Below, in pieces: positions 23,826 through 23,993 of a stretch of DNA of 23,993 nucleotides. Numbering within the stretch: the stretch's first letter is position 1; every line of letters starts with the position of its first letter. The notes below the pieces were generated by a model that was given only the letters and a program-made list of their open reading frames with translations, did no database searches and was not told the DNA's origin. The stretch covers positions 1 through 23,993 of the forward strand of contig CAYRKT010000020.1 in NCBI GenBank assembly GCA_964425005.1, read 5' to 3'. The position numbers and the translations under genes were made by a program. The stretch is from an uncultured Synergistia bacterium. Lineage in GTDB: Bacteria; Synergistota; Synergistia; CAYRKT01.

Positions 23826-23993
23826 TCTTTTGAGCGATCACCCCTCAGCTGTTCCGCTTGGGTTTTCAGCCCTATATTCAGCGATTCAGGGCCTTTCTTG
23901 CCCCTTTTCGCCGAGCTTGACACGGGGGGGAGGTGGGTATAGATTTAAACGCAAGGATCTGTTTTATGTTAGCTAGGTTTGATGAACCCGTCG

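Noticed and set aside
1-23993. CRISPR arrays, IS elements and transposases, rRNA and tRNA genes, selenocysteine recoding
   Set aside because: No regularly spaced direct repeats, terminal inverted repeats or transposase-like ORFs were seen. No tRNA cloverleaf was seen apart from the tRNA-like domain of tmRNA. No in-frame TGA with a downstream SECIS-like hairpin appears in the molybdoenzyme genes.

Overview
This is a roughly 24 kb window of high-GC DNA. Codon usage is rich in AGG (Arg) and ATA (Ile), and several adjacent genes overlap by 4 nt. The organism appears to be a diderm anaerobe, because lptA-lptB and a tmRNA are present; the phylum cannot be called from sequence alone.

On the + strand, in order:
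- a 5'-truncated nitrilase-superfamily hydrolase
- a DUF1116 protein
- a three-subunit xanthine-dehydrogenase-family molybdenum hydroxylase (FAD, [2Fe-2S] and Mo subunits)
- an NCS2 nucleobase permease
- a dedicated cofactor and uptake module: a MoeA-like protein, a Fur-family regulator, XdhC, modABC, and a MocA-like nucleotidyltransferase fused to an HD domain

Convergent on the - strand is a family-1 encapsulin shell gene with an encapsulated-ferritin (EncFtn) cargo that carries a C-terminal targeting peptide. A membrane GGDEF diguanylate cyclase is transcribed divergently from it.

Next comes a tightly overlapping --strand operon:
- a putative DNA-modification/repair radical SAM protein
- its obligate partner, a TIGR03915/DUF4130-like protein
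- purK
- purE
- a secreted MsrB-MsrA fusion
- a DUF457 membrane hydrolase after a 32 nt gap

A CTGT-N9-ACAG palindrome abuts the operon's first start codon.

The right end carries a class II aldolase, lptA-lptB, a DUF2284 metal-binding protein and a complete tmRNA (ssrA, tag ANESYALAA). No CRISPR array, rRNA/tRNA gene or obvious transposase was found. All coordinates and domain assignments come from reading the sequence and the translations; no database search was possible.
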